From an uncultured Gammaproteobacteria bacterium (lineage in GTDB: Bacteria > Patescibacteriota > Patescibacteriia > SBBC01 > CAIJZX01), in the NCBI GenBank assembly GCA_964383765.1, contig CAYLHT010000002.1:62774-126773 (forward strand): a stretch of 64,000 bases of DNA, in the 5' to 3' direction. The notes under the pieces were generated by a model. That model was not told where the DNA came from and ran no database searches. It saw only the letters and a list, made by a program, of their open reading frames with translations. The translations under genes were made by a program, and so were the position numbers. Below, piece after piece: positions 47,952 to 57,420 of the stretch. Numbering within the stretch: position 1 is the first letter of the stretch; each line of letters begins with the position of its first letter.

Positions 47952-49154
47952 ATGTCTGAATTTCCACAACCGCCACGCGTTTCCCTCGGATTACCACTGC
48001 TGATTGCCGCGCTCGTCGGCGGTCTGATTGGAGGTGCCTTTGGCTATCGTTTAGCTAGTTCGGCCCTGGGTGGAACGCATTCTGCGGCCACCTCCGCCTC
48101 AACCAAGACTCAAACCTTGGCGGTGCAGGAAGACTCGGCCTCGGTGGACGTCGTCCAGAAAGCCAACCCGGCGGTCGTTAGCATTATCATCAGCAAAGAC
48201 TTCTCGAAAATTTACGGCCAACAACCGTCCTCGCCATTTGATAACTTTTTCGGATTTCCCCTCGGCCAGCAAGTCCCCCAAGGTCAACAAGATATTGGCG
48301 GCGGGAGTGGTTTCATTGTTGGGTCGGACGGGTTGATTGTCACCAATAAACACGTCGTCGACGATGACCAGGCGACCTACACTGTCGTCATGAACGACGG
48401 CAAACGTTACGATGCCAAAGTCCTGGCCAAAGATCCGACAAACGATATTGCCATTGTCAAAATCGAGGCAACCGGATTGACGACCTTGCAACTCGACGAT
48501 TCGGATAAGGTCGTGATTGGCGAAACCGTGATCGCGATCGGCAATGCCCTAGGCGAATATCGTAACACCGTCACGAAAGGCATCATCTCCGGAAAATCCC
48601 GAACCATCACCGCCGGCGATTCAACCACCGGCCAATCGGAAACGCTGGAAGATGTCTTCCAAACCGACGCGGCGATTAACCCCGGCAACTCCGGCGGACC
48701 GTTGCTGAACTTGGCTGGCCATGTGATTGGCATGAATAGCGCGGTCAATTCATCCGGTCAACTGATTGGCTTTGCCATTCCGATCAACGCCGTCAAACGC
48801 GACCTCGATAGCGTGAATGCGTCAGGAAAAATTGTAAAGCCGTTCCTGGGTGTGCGCTATGTCTTAGTCTCAAAAGCATTAGCGCAGAATAACAAACTGC
48901 CCGTTGATCATGGGGCGCTGATCCAAGCCGACGACAGTACGAATAATCCAGCGGTCGTGTCTGGTTCACCGGCCGATAAAGCTGGCTTAGTCGCCGGTGA
49001 TATCATCGTGTCGCTGAATGGTACGGACATTAGCACTGATCATACGTTGGCCGGCTTACTGGGCACATACAACGTCGGCGATACCGTGACGTTAAAGGTC
49101 TACCACCAAGGGAAGGTGAAAGACGTGCAGGTGAAATTGGAAGAGCGGAAGTAG
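47952..49154 (+). CDS. htrA: HtrA/DegP-family serine protease with PDZ domain
   Basis: GSGFIV, TNKHVV, NDIA, QTDAAINPGNSGGPL, C-terminal PDZ domain. Confidence 0.96.
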   Translation: MSEFPQPPRVSLGLPLLIAALVGGLIGGAFGYRLASSALGGTHSAATSASTKTQTLAVQEDSASVDVVQKANPAVVSIIISKDFSKIYGQQPSSPFDNFFGFPLGQQVPQGQQDIGGGSGFIVGSDGLIVTNKHVVDDDQATYTVVMNDGKRYDAKVLAKDPTNDIAIVKIEATGLTTLQLDDSDKVVIGETVIAIGNALGEYRNTVTKGIISGKSRTITAGDSTTGQSETLEDVFQTDAAINPGNSGGPLLNLAGHVIGMNSAVNSSGQLIGFAIPINAVKRDLDSVNASGKIVKPFLGVRYVLVSKALAQNNKLPVDHGALIQADDSTNNPAVVSGSPADKAGLVAGDIIVSLNGTDISTDHTLAGLLGTYNVGDTVTLKVYHQGKVKDVQVKLEERK

Positions 49155-49167
49155 CCTGCGTTTCTTC

Positions 49168-49203
49168 TCTACCCTGCGGGCTTACGCCCGCCGGGTAGCT
49201 TTA
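49168..49203 (+). terminator. Putative terminator after htrA
   Basis: CTACCC..GCGGGC/GCCCGC..GGGTAG hairpin followed by CTTT. Confidence 0.45.
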
Positions 49204-49242
49204 TGGTATACTCATATTGAAACCAATAACCAAGAAGGACCT

Positions 49243-50406
49243 ATGCATACCCGCCGAGGCAATCTGATTCCAGCGGTGATTGTGATTTTGGCGATCTCAG
49301 CATTGATTGCAGTCTATGCCTTTTCCATTTGGCCCAAGTCGGACGAGTTTAAGGTGAGTGTGCCGGTAATTAAAACCAAAGCTACAAATGCAGGGTCGAA
49401 TATTTCAACCGGAAACGCAAACACGAATACTACCGCTGAAACCCTGCCGGCTGGGGTGAAAAGATTTACCTCGGACGACCTAGGGATAACGTTCACTTAT
49501 TTGGCAACGGGTAAAGACTATACCACAACCGTTCAAGAAATCGGCGATAAAGTCTACGTCGCACAAAATCTTCGGGCGAACGAATCTATAACCACTGGCC
49601 AATGGGTTGAGGTGATATCAAAAGATACCAACGACACCCTCGCTCAAGCCATCGAAAAAAAATTCCTCGTCAACTACGACTCAAAGAAATGTTTTGTGAA
49701 AGCGACCGTTTCTACCGGTTACCCCTCGACCTATTCGACTGCCAGGATTTCTTTTCCATACGCAAATAACAACGTCGATCCGTGGTTTGCGCCCGGGGAA
49801 AATTGTCCGCCGAACTACACTGAAACGAATGGCGAGAACTACTTTATGATGGATAGCGCCCACCCCGATAGATTTCTATTTTTCAGTATCGGCCAATACG
49901 GTATTTGGGGGTCGAACGATCAGAAAACCACTTGGCAAGGAACGCTGAGAGTCACTCATACGAACCCCACCGCCGGATGGAAGACGTATACGAATACCGT
50001 GAATCATTATTCAATCCAGTATCCGCCGAACTACACGCAACAAGTTAATGGTGGCACGATAGAATTCGAAAAAAATGGTTCCCCGCAGCAAAGTGCGCTT
50101 CAAGCTGTGAATATTATTGTTTTCTCAGAAACGGATCAAAACATCAACTCCAACGAAGACCTCTACACCTGGGCAAAAAATGGATTTTCTAGAACAGCAA
50201 GCCTGGTGGCGTATCACAATAATCCTCGGGAAGTTACCCTCGGAGCCAACACGTTTATTCAGACCGATGGCGATCAAGGGAGCTCCGGCATCCCAGAATA
50301 TTTCATCTTCCACAACAACGTTTTATATGAACTAACCGATCTGCATGGTGATATAGTTGGAAGCGAAAACCCTAGCATTATTTCCACCTTTACCTTCACG
50401 AAATAA
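49243..50406 (+). CDS. Membrane-anchored hypothetical protein with PsbP-like modules
   Basis: N-terminal TM, NTN linker, LGITFTY and GWKTYTN..YSIQYP...IISTFTF modules. Confidence 0.8.
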   Translation: MHTRRGNLIPAVIVILAISALIAVYAFSIWPKSDEFKVSVPVIKTKATNAGSNISTGNANTNTTAETLPAGVKRFTSDDLGITFTYLATGKDYTTTVQEIGDKVYVAQNLRANESITTGQWVEVISKDTNDTLAQAIEKKFLVNYDSKKCFVKATVSTGYPSTYSTARISFPYANNNVDPWFAPGENCPPNYTETNGENYFMMDSAHPDRFLFFSIGQYGIWGSNDQKTTWQGTLRVTHTNPTAGWKTYTNTVNHYSIQYPPNYTQQVNGGTIEFEKNGSPQQSALQAVNIIVFSETDQNINSNEDLYTWAKNGFSRTASLVAYHNNPREVTLGANTFIQTDGDQGSSGIPEYFIFHNNVLYELTDLHGDIVGSENPSIISTFTFTK

Positions 50407-50409
50407 GAC

Positions 50410-50646
50410 GTGCGATCTCGAACTGAGTTAACTCCAATCCTCATCACTTTTCTAGCTGTAACAGCGTTTTTGCTCGTGCTGAATTTAGCCATCCCCGCAC
50501 CAGCCGCCACTCCTAAAACTATTTTTGGCTGGCGCACCTACACCAATCAAACGATTTATTGCGCGGCCGACGTCAAAACCTGCTCGGATGGATCACGCGT
50601 GGCACGCCAAGCACCAACCTGTGAGTTTGCGGCGTGTCCAAAATAA
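50410..50646 (+). CDS. Small membrane protein with four-Cys motif
   Basis: TM helix plus CAADVKTCSDGSRVARQAPTCEFAACP. Confidence 0.7.
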   Translation: MRSRTELTPILITFLAVTAFLLVLNLAIPAPAATPKTIFGWRTYTNQTIYCAADVKTCSDGSRVARQAPTCEFAACPK

Positions 50647-50685
50647 GTGCCGGCTAGAGAGATTACACCACGGGTGTTGAAGACG

Positions 50686-50760
50686 GTCGGCGGCCCGCTC
50701 CTCACCTAACCTCTCCTCTGCAAGGAGAGGAACTGCGGGCCGCCGCCCTCGACGTTTTTT
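50686..50760 (+). terminator. GC hairpin terminator whose loop carries copy 2 of the CCTCACC..CCTCTCC..GGAGAGG repeat
   Basis: CGGCGGCCCGC/GCGGGCCGCCG stem, internal repeat 50700-50731, downstream T6. Confidence 0.5.
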
Positions 50761-50783
50761 AGCAACTGTGATAATCTTGCGAC

Positions 50784-50873
50784 ATGAACGACCTGGTCAG
50801 AAAACTGGAGACCCTACGCGACAAAATTTCTGCGTCGCGTAGGCTATCCTTCGACAGGCTCAGGACAGCCTAA
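50784..50873 (+). pseudogene. Duplicated prfB leader (29 aa) disrupted by a CCTTCGACAGGCTCAGG repeat
   Basis: MNDLVRKLETLRDKISASRRL versus the true prfB start MNDLVKKLEHLRERIGVSRRL. Confidence 0.75.
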
Positions 50874-50885
50874 CGATTACTTTGT

Positions 50886-52005
50886 ATGAATGATTTAGTA
50901 AAAAAACTGGAACACCTTCGTGAGCGCATTGGCGTTTCGCGAAGGCTGCTTTGACGTAGATCAGAAACGACAACAGATCGGGGAACTCGAGGAGGCGATG
51001 AGCCAGCCAGACTTTTGGTCTGATCGGAAAGCCGCTGAGGCCAAAAGCAAACACTTGAGCGAGCTGAAAGAAGAAATCGAAGGTTGGCAAAAGATTGACC
51101 ATGACGTGACAAGTTGGATTGAGCTGGCGGGCATGGCTGAAGAGTCACAGCGCAAAGAAGTTGAGATGCATGTGGCTGAGCTGGAGGAACAGTATCGTCA
51201 ACTCGAGTTTCGATTGCTGTTGAATGCAGAACACGACGAAGCCAACGCGATCGTCAGCATTCATGCCGGCACGGGGGGAACGGACGCGCAGGACTGGGCG
51301 GAGATGTTATCACGGATGCTGCTGAGGTTTTGTGAACAACGTAAGTGGAAAGCGAAAATCGTCGACGAATCAAAGGGGAATGAGGCCGGCATCAAGAGTA
51401 TGACCTTCGAAGTCACGGGTCGCTACGCTTTTGGATATTTGAAGTCAGAGGCGGGGGTACATCGGCTGGTGCGAATTTCACCGTTTGATGCCGAGAAAAT
51501 GCGGCATACGTCGTTCGCGCTAGTGGAAGTTATGCCGGAGCTTGAAGATATGGAAGAAATTCAGATTGACCCTAAAGACTTGCGAATCGATACCTTCCTG
51601 TCTTCTGGCCACGGTGGGCAAAGCGTCCAGACAACGTATTCCGCCGTGCGCGTCGTCCACTTGCCGACGAAAATTATGGTCTCGGTCCAAAACGAACGTT
51701 CCCAAACCCAGAATAAAGAAACGGCGTTGAAAATTCTCAAAGCTAAACTCCACCACCTCGAAGAACAAAAACGTGCCGACGAAAAAGCCAAACTGCGCGG
51801 GGAGTATCATGAAGCTGCTTGGGGCAACCAAATCCGATCGTATGTTTTGCAACCCTATCGGATGGTCAAAGATCATCGGACCAAGCACGAAACGTCGCAA
51901 GTCGACCAGGTATTGGACGGTGACTTGTTGCCGTTTATGGAGGCGTATTTGAGATGGGTCAAGGCCGGAAGGCCAAACCTCAAAGGGGGTGAAGATGAAG
52001 CATAA
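50886..52005 (+). CDS. prfB: Peptide chain release factor 2 with programmed +1 frameshift
   Basis: ATG 50886 reads 22 codons to CTT TGA C (50949-50955). The +1 frame encodes GVHRLVRISPF (SPF), GGQ and WGNQIRSYV. Confidence 0.96.
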
Positions 52006-52504
52006 GATTAGTATCCCCACTGCAGAACAACACGTGAGGATGCGACAGATTGCCGAGCAATATTTTGGAACGGCTCAAGATCCGGATCAAATCTTGATTA
52101 ATCAGGCGGCCGAAAAGAAGTTACGACAACTCGACTCAAGTGCAGTTTTGTGTGCTGAAGTCGATGGTCAGCCGGTCAGCTGGGTCGTTGCAGTTCCGAC
52201 GACGAAAGAACTGGCCAGAAAATTTCTCGATGGCGGGATCACGGAACGAGAATTATTTGCATTGACGAAACCACAACCGCGTTACGAAGCACTGTACTTT
52301 AGCGCGGTCTTCACACTCCCGGAATACCGAAAACAAGGTTTGGCAGAAGATGTCTTGCGCGAAGTTGTGCAGCGGGTTCCCTTGGTCGATGACCCCCTCT
52401 TATTTGGGTGGACCTACAGTCAAGATGGCATCAGCCTGTATGAGGCGGTTACTAAAAAATATGGTCGCCACGTCGAACTTCGTCGAGACCAATCCGCGTC
52501 TTGA
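51995..52504 (+). CDS. GNAT-like hypothetical protein
   Basis: FTLPEYRKQGLA acetyl-CoA-binding-like motif. Confidence 0.7.
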   Translation: MKHKISIPTAEQHVRMRQIAEQYFGTAQDPDQILINQAAEKKLRQLDSSAVLCAEVDGQPVSWVVAVPTTKELARKFLDGGITERELFALTKPQPRYEALYFSAVFTLPEYRKQGLAEDVLREVVQRVPLVDDPLLFGWTYSQDGISLYEAVTKKYGRHVELRRDQSAS

Positions 52505-52556
52505 AGAAGCTCTACCAGTATGGATTGCCGGTGTAGATGATCGAGTGTACATTGAA

Positions 52557-52637
52557 TGTCTTTTCGACCGGAGGGAGAAAATTACAGTGTGTCAAGATAC
52601 CGCGCAGATTTCTCCTCGCAGACTTGTCGAAATGAAA
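52557..52637. repeat. TGTCATTTCGA-family palindromic element, degenerate copy 2
   Basis: TGTCTTTTCGAC...GGAGAAA...AGATTTCTCC...GTCGAAATGAAA. Confidence 0.65.
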
Positions 52638-52757
52638 GTTTGTATTACAGTTTGACGGACTCGGACAAGTCTGGCATTCTTAGCCGACTGTAGTTCTGGC
52701 TCGTTCATTGACGTTCACGTGCGTCAATTTTGACGCGACCTGAGAAGGGAGTAGTGC

Positions 52758-54656
52758 ATGTGCGGAATCATTGGGTATGTTGGCCATCAACCGGTGGTCA
52801 AGTTGCTGCTGAGGGGCTTGGATTTGTTGGACTACCGTGGGTACGACTCGGCCGGTATCGCGGTGCTCGACCACGACGAGTTGAAGGTAGTCAAGACGGC
52901 TGATCCTCCTCGCCCCGGCGGTCAGGGTGGCCAGGGCGTGACCAAGCTTGAGCGGCTGGTCGAGGCCAAGGAATTGGTCGCCACCGTTGGCATCGGTCAC
53001 ACCCGCTGGGCGACGCATGGACTCAAGACGGACCTCAACGCCCATCCGCATGCTGACTGTCAGGGTCGGCTGGCGGTTGTCCACAACGGCCAAATCACCA
53101 ACCACGCCACGCTCCGGATTCGTCTCGAGCGGCAGGGTCACACGTTCCGTTCGGAGACCGATACGGAAGTCATCGTGCACCTGGTCGAGCAGTTCATCCG
53201 CGAGGGCGATCAGTTGTTCCCGGCGGTTCTGAAGACCGCCAAGTTGCCCGAAGGGGCATTCGCTTTCGGGGTGATCCGTCAGGAACATCCGCGCTCACTG
53301 ATCGGAGCCCGGAACGGCAGCCCGCTGGTGATCGGCCTGTCGGACCACGGCACGTTCTTGGCCTCGGACGCCGAGGCCTTCCGCGCCTCGACCGACCGGT
53401 TCGTCAATGTGGCGGACGGCGAAGTCGCGCTGGTTGAGGACCAAGCGTACCGAGTCTTCACGTTCGACAATGCTGTGATCGAACGGTCGGTGCAGCAGGT
53501 GCAGTATGAACTGGAGGCGCTGTCGAAAGGCGCCTATCGGACGTTCATGGAGAAGGAGATCCATGAGCAGCCGGACGTCGTCGAGCGGGTCTTGGAAGGT
53601 CGACTCAGTCTGGATGGCACGATCCGGCTGGGTGGGATCGAGCGTCAGCCAGACTTCCAGCGTTTCGTCCGCGACGAGCTGACGGATATCGTCATCCTCG
53701 GCTGCGGCACCTCGCTCTACGCTGGCTACGCGATCACCCGGTTCCTGTGGGAACTGGGTTTCCGAGCCCAGGCCATCGACGCGGCCGAATTCACCTACGC
53801 GCCGATGACGCTTCATCCCGGAACTTTGGTGGTGCCGATCTCGCAGTCCGGCGAAACCAAAGATCTGCTCGAGGCTATGGATCGGGTGCGAGCCGCTGGT
53901 TTGTGGAGCTTCGCGCTGTGCAACAAGCCTCACACCCAGCTGACCAGTTTCGGCTCGGGCATGTACTTGATGGCCGGCACCGAGAAAGCCGTTGCTTCGA
54001 CCAAGGCCTTCATGGCCCAAGTCATCAGCGGCGGACTACTTGGTCTGGCCCTGGCGCAGTTGCGTCAGCAGGTCAACACCCGCACCGTCACCGAGTTCGG
54101 CCATGCGGCGACTCAACTCAAGGCGGCCGTCGCGCACCAACTCAACCGCGCCGACGACTATCAGGCCATCGGGGCATCACTGCGGGAGGTCCAGCGGATG
54201 TTCTACATCGGTCGGGGATTCAACCGACCGGTGGCGCTCGAAGGGGCGCTCAAGATGATGGAAATCGCCGAGATGGATGCCCACGGGATGTCGGCCGCGG
54301 CTATGAAGCACGGGCCGTTGGCCCTGGTCCATCCGGAGATGGTGGTCGTCGCCATCGGCATGCCCGACCCGCGTCGACCGGAGATCGAAGCGGCCACGCT
54401 CGACAACGTCAACCAAGTCCTCAGCAACGGCGGGCATTTGATCGCTGTCGGCGCTGAGCACAGTTCCTTCCTCAAGCAGATCGACGCAGCCAACTCGCAG
54501 GTGCGAGCAGTCATCTCGGTGCCAGATCTGCAGCATGGGCTCTTGTCCGCACTGGCCGTTGTGCCACTCCAGTTGATGGCGCTCGGCGCGGCCGAAGCCC
54601 GGCACAAGAATCCGGATCGACCGCGCGGCCTGGCGAAAGCCGTAACCGTGCGCTAG
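52758..54656 (+). CDS. glmS: Glutamine--fructose-6-phosphate aminotransferase
   Basis: MCGIIG, YRGYDSAG, GHTRWATHG, SQSGET, VASTKAF, KHGPLAL, PRGLAKAVTV. Confidence 0.96.
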   Translation: MCGIIGYVGHQPVVKLLLRGLDLLDYRGYDSAGIAVLDHDELKVVKTADPPRPGGQGGQGVTKLERLVEAKELVATVGIGHTRWATHGLKTDLNAHPHADCQGRLAVVHNGQITNHATLRIRLERQGHTFRSETDTEVIVHLVEQFIREGDQLFPAVLKTAKLPEGAFAFGVIRQEHPRSLIGARNGSPLVIGLSDHGTFLASDAEAFRASTDRFVNVADGEVALVEDQAYRVFTFDNAVIERSVQQVQYELEALSKGAYRTFMEKEIHEQPDVVERVLEGRLSLDGTIRLGGIERQPDFQRFVRDELTDIVILGCGTSLYAGYAITRFLWELGFRAQAIDAAEFTYAPMTLHPGTLVVPISQSGETKDLLEAMDRVRAAGLWSFALCNKPHTQLTSFGSGMYLMAGTEKAVASTKAFMAQVISGGLLGLALAQLRQQVNTRTVTEFGHAATQLKAAVAHQLNRADDYQAIGASLREVQRMFYIGRGFNRPVALEGALKMMEIAEMDAHGMSAAAMKHGPLALVHPEMVVVAIGMPDPRRPEIEAATLDNVNQVLSNGGHLIAVGAEHSSFLKQIDAANSQVRAVISVPDLQHGLLSALAVVPLQLMALGAAEARHKNPDRPRGLAKAVTVR

Positions 54657-54662
54657 CTCCAT

Positions 54663-54690
54663 ACACCCCGACAGTTTCAGGGGTGTTTTT
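54663..54690 (+). terminator. Intrinsic terminator after glmS
   Basis: ACACCCC/GGGGTGT stem plus T-run. Confidence 0.7.
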
Positions 54691-54778
54691 CTCTACGGCC
54701 CCGAACACTGTCCAGTCTTGACAGTCTGCAGGATTTCGTTTAGGGTCGAAGTGACTTTCTGGTGGCCGAATTGCGTCT

Positions 54779-56206
54779 ATGCGTCGGTCATTTTTGTTTT
54801 CATTACTGATTGGATTTTGCGGCGGGATTGGCCTGGCCGAGCTTTGGCATGTGCCGATGATCATCGTCGCGATTGGCGTTGGTGCTGGTTTGATTGTGAC
54901 GTCAGCTCCACGAACGAGGTTGATCGGATTACTGGTGATCGGGTTGTGTCTCGGATCGTGGCGGTGGACAGTTTCCACCAACCCGAAATCAAACAGCGTC
55001 GTTCAGTTCCTCGATCACTCTATCGAAGCGACTGGGGATGTTCTTGAAATGCCGATCGTCGACACCCAGCAGACTGTACTTCTAACGAATATTGAAACGA
55101 AGAATGCACGCTGGTCAGGAAAAGTACAAATCTCTTTGCCTCGATTTCCGGAATACCACCTGGGCCAACATTTGACCGTGCGCTGCACGCCGATGGGATT
55201 TACTCCGACTCAACGTTGGCGCCAATGGTCGCACGGAGTTCAAGTACGATGTTTCAACGCGACGGTTGTTCATCTGACTTCAGTTGCGCCGTCCCTTCGT
55301 TTACAGCTCGGAAAAATCGAAGCGGCGGTGGTTACGTATATTCATCGATCGTACAACGAACCACAAGCGTCGCTACTCGCCGGAATTATTTTGGGAAATC
55401 AGAATGGCATGCCGGCTGAACTGACTCAAGCATTCCAAGCCACCGGCACAACGCACATTATCGCCCTCTCCGGTTTCAACGTGACGATTATCGTCAGCTC
55501 AGTGATGGTCGTCTTGGTGCGGTTAATCGGCCGGCGGTGGGCCTGGATTCCGGGCCTACTGTTGGTGATCCTGTTTGTGGTTATGTCAGGGGCGTCGGCA
55601 TCGGTCGTGAGAGCAGCGGTCATGGCAGTCATTGTCCAGCTCGGTTTGTTCCTTGGTCGGCCGATTCATCCGGCACGGCTCTTGTCGTATACCGCCCTGA
55701 TCATGCTCTGGGAGAATCCGCTGATCCTACTCCACGATTTAGGATTTCAGTTGTCCTTTCTCGCGACTTTTGGACTCGTGTTCTTGTCGAAGCCGCTAGC
55801 TACGAAGCTGACAAGAATTCCTGAAACTCTAGGGCTTCGAGAAAATTTAGCGACGACGCTCTCGGCCATTATCGCGACTGAGCCGTTGTTGTTGTGGCGC
55901 TTCGGTCGGCTGTCACTGATTGCGCCGCTGGTCAATATTGTCGTCCTGCCGATGATCCCATTGGCGATGGGATTGGGTACACTGAGCTTGGTTGGAATGG
56001 CGGTTCCTCTGATCGCCACGCCAATCGTAGCAACCACGGACGCGTTATTGCGAATTATTCTCATATGCATAACGACCGGCTCCAGATTACCGATCGCGTT
56101 AGTGTACTTGCCAGCAGTACTGACGAGTTTGGCCGGTTTAGCATTCCTCTTGATTACCATTCGTCTTATTCATAGTCCATGTGTAGATGAAACTCATCCT
56201 GCTTAG
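54779..56206 (+). CDS. comEC: ComEC/Rec2 competence protein, membrane domain
   Basis: GTTHIIALSGFNV, SVVRAAVM, DLGFQLSFLAT. Confidence 0.93.
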   Translation: MRRSFLFSLLIGFCGGIGLAELWHVPMIIVAIGVGAGLIVTSAPRTRLIGLLVIGLCLGSWRWTVSTNPKSNSVVQFLDHSIEATGDVLEMPIVDTQQTVLLTNIETKNARWSGKVQISLPRFPEYHLGQHLTVRCTPMGFTPTQRWRQWSHGVQVRCFNATVVHLTSVAPSLRLQLGKIEAAVVTYIHRSYNEPQASLLAGIILGNQNGMPAELTQAFQATGTTHIIALSGFNVTIIVSSVMVVLVRLIGRRWAWIPGLLLVILFVVMSGASASVVRAAVMAVIVQLGLFLGRPIHPARLLSYTALIMLWENPLILLHDLGFQLSFLATFGLVFLSKPLATKLTRIPETLGLRENLATTLSAIIATEPLLLWRFGRLSLIAPLVNIVVLPMIPLAMGLGTLSLVGMAVPLIATPIVATTDALLRIILICITTGSRLPIALVYLPAVLTSLAGLAFLLITIRLIHSPCVDETHPA

Positions 56207-57050
56207 CCTGGTAGTGGTCGTGTTTTTAGCGGCCTGGGCAATACCCAAACCGCGGCATCAGGGCTGCGCGTTTACCGCGCTCGATATCGGCCAAGGGGAT
56301 AGTCTGCTGATTCAAACCCCTGATCACCAAGACATTCTGATTGACGGCGGACCGAGCGATCAGGTCGTAGAGAAACTAGGAAAATACTTGCCATTCGGCG
56401 ATCGTGATCTTGAGCTGGTGGTCTTAACTCATCCCCATGCCGATCATGTGAATGGTCTGGTGGCCGTGACGCAGAGATTCACGGTTCGACAGGTTATACT
56501 GACCGAGGTGAAATTTCAACAAGGCGCCTACGCCGCCTGGCTGGATGAACTTTCCCAGCAACATATTCCTGAGCACGTCGCCGTGTCAGGCCAACGCTAT
56601 GTGATTGGTGCGGCCACGTTGGATGTACTGTGGCCGAATCGTGATTTGTCTCACGACTCGATCGAGAAAGATAATGCGGCCAATGGTGGGGGAGTGAACG
56701 ACAGCTCGATTGTCTTGCGGCTGACCTGTGACCGTAGCCGGGCGATGCTGATGGGCGATGCATCGAGTGAGATTGAAGACAGAATTCTCGAACGTGGCGG
56801 AGATGTTCGGGCCGATTTGCTCAAAGTCGGTCACCACGGTTCTCGATTTTCGTCGGGTGTGAAATTCTTGGCGTCAGTTCAACCAGTGTGGGCGGTGATT
56901 TCCGATGGTGTCAACAACCGGTATCATCATCCACACCCGACTGCGCTTCTGCGCCTTCAACAGGTTGGAGCGAAGATTCTACGGACAGACCTAAGCGGAG
57001 ATATTAGACTAGAGACTGATGGGTTTGGGCATTGGCAAAGGCGCAAGTAG
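56187..57050 (+). CDS. ComEC-type metallo-beta-lactamase domain protein (split comEC)
   Basis: LDIGQGDS, THPHADHVNG, NDSSIV, LKVGHHGS, YHHPH, RTDLSG. Confidence 0.92.
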   Translation: MKLILLSLVVVVFLAAWAIPKPRHQGCAFTALDIGQGDSLLIQTPDHQDILIDGGPSDQVVEKLGKYLPFGDRDLELVVLTHPHADHVNGLVAVTQRFTVRQVILTEVKFQQGAYAAWLDELSQQHIPEHVAVSGQRYVIGAATLDVLWPNRDLSHDSIEKDNAANGGGVNDSSIVLRLTCDRSRAMLMGDASSEIEDRILERGGDVRADLLKVGHHGSRFSSGVKFLASVQPVWAVISDGVNNRYHHPHPTALLRLQQVGAKILRTDLSGDIRLETDGFGHWQRRK

Positions 57051-57077
57051 GGTGTTTGCCTACGTCAAAAAGTGCAT

Positions 57078-57330
57078 TGGCGGGCCCAAGGGGATTTGAA
57101 CCCGTCTCGTTCCGCTGGGCGGAACTCGACTCCTCCGTGCCGCTTCGCTCCTGGCGGACCCAAGGGGATTTGAACCCCTGATCTTCTCCGTGACAGGGAG
57201 ACGTGTTAACCGGGCTACACCATGGGTCCCCAGGAGCGAAGCGGATTGAAAATGTGTTTGGCGTGCCTGCCCAGCTTCACATCGAGTCTCGAGATGTGGG
57301 GCTGGGTTAACCGGGCTACACCATGGGCCC
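57078..57330 (-). pseudogene. Outer, interrupted tRNA-Asp-like gene enclosing an intact tRNA-Asp
   Basis: 5' part GGGCCCATGGTGTAGCCCGGTTAAC (57330-57306) and 3' part GGGTTCAAATCCCCTTGGGCCCGCCA (57103-57078). Confidence 0.75.
57152..57229 (-). tRNA. tRNA-Asp(GTC)
   Basis: GGACCCA/TGGGTCC acceptor, TCTCC-CTGTCAC-GGAGA anticodon arm, AGGGG-TTCAAAT-CCCCT, CCA. Confidence 0.96.
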
Positions 57331-57380
57331 AAAAAGAAATGCCGGACCAGCGTAGCACCGAAAGGCTGTTTTGTCTAGAC

Positions 57381-57410
57381 AAAACACACCCCGCGAGGCG
57401 GGGTGTGTTT
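57381..57410 (-). terminator. Intrinsic terminator after the NHL gene
   Basis: AAACACACCCCGC/GCGGGGTGTGTTT perfect stem. Confidence 0.75.
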
Positions 57411-57420
57411 GTTGGCTGAA

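Noticed and set aside
50920-50950. GTG start for prfB as given in the ORF track
   Set aside because: The canonical CTT TGA C frameshift with upstream ATG 50886 explains the gene better.
52640-52757. glmS ribozyme upstream of glmS
   Set aside because: The conserved AGCGCC cleavage-site core is not present.
52680-54981. Overlapping alternative ORFs across glmS
   Set aside because: By-product of high GC3; no recognisable domains.
57078-57103. Prophage/island attR from integration at tRNA-Asp
   Set aside because: Only ~50 bp from the tRNA, no integrase, and a matching 5' half with a compensatory change lies on the other side.
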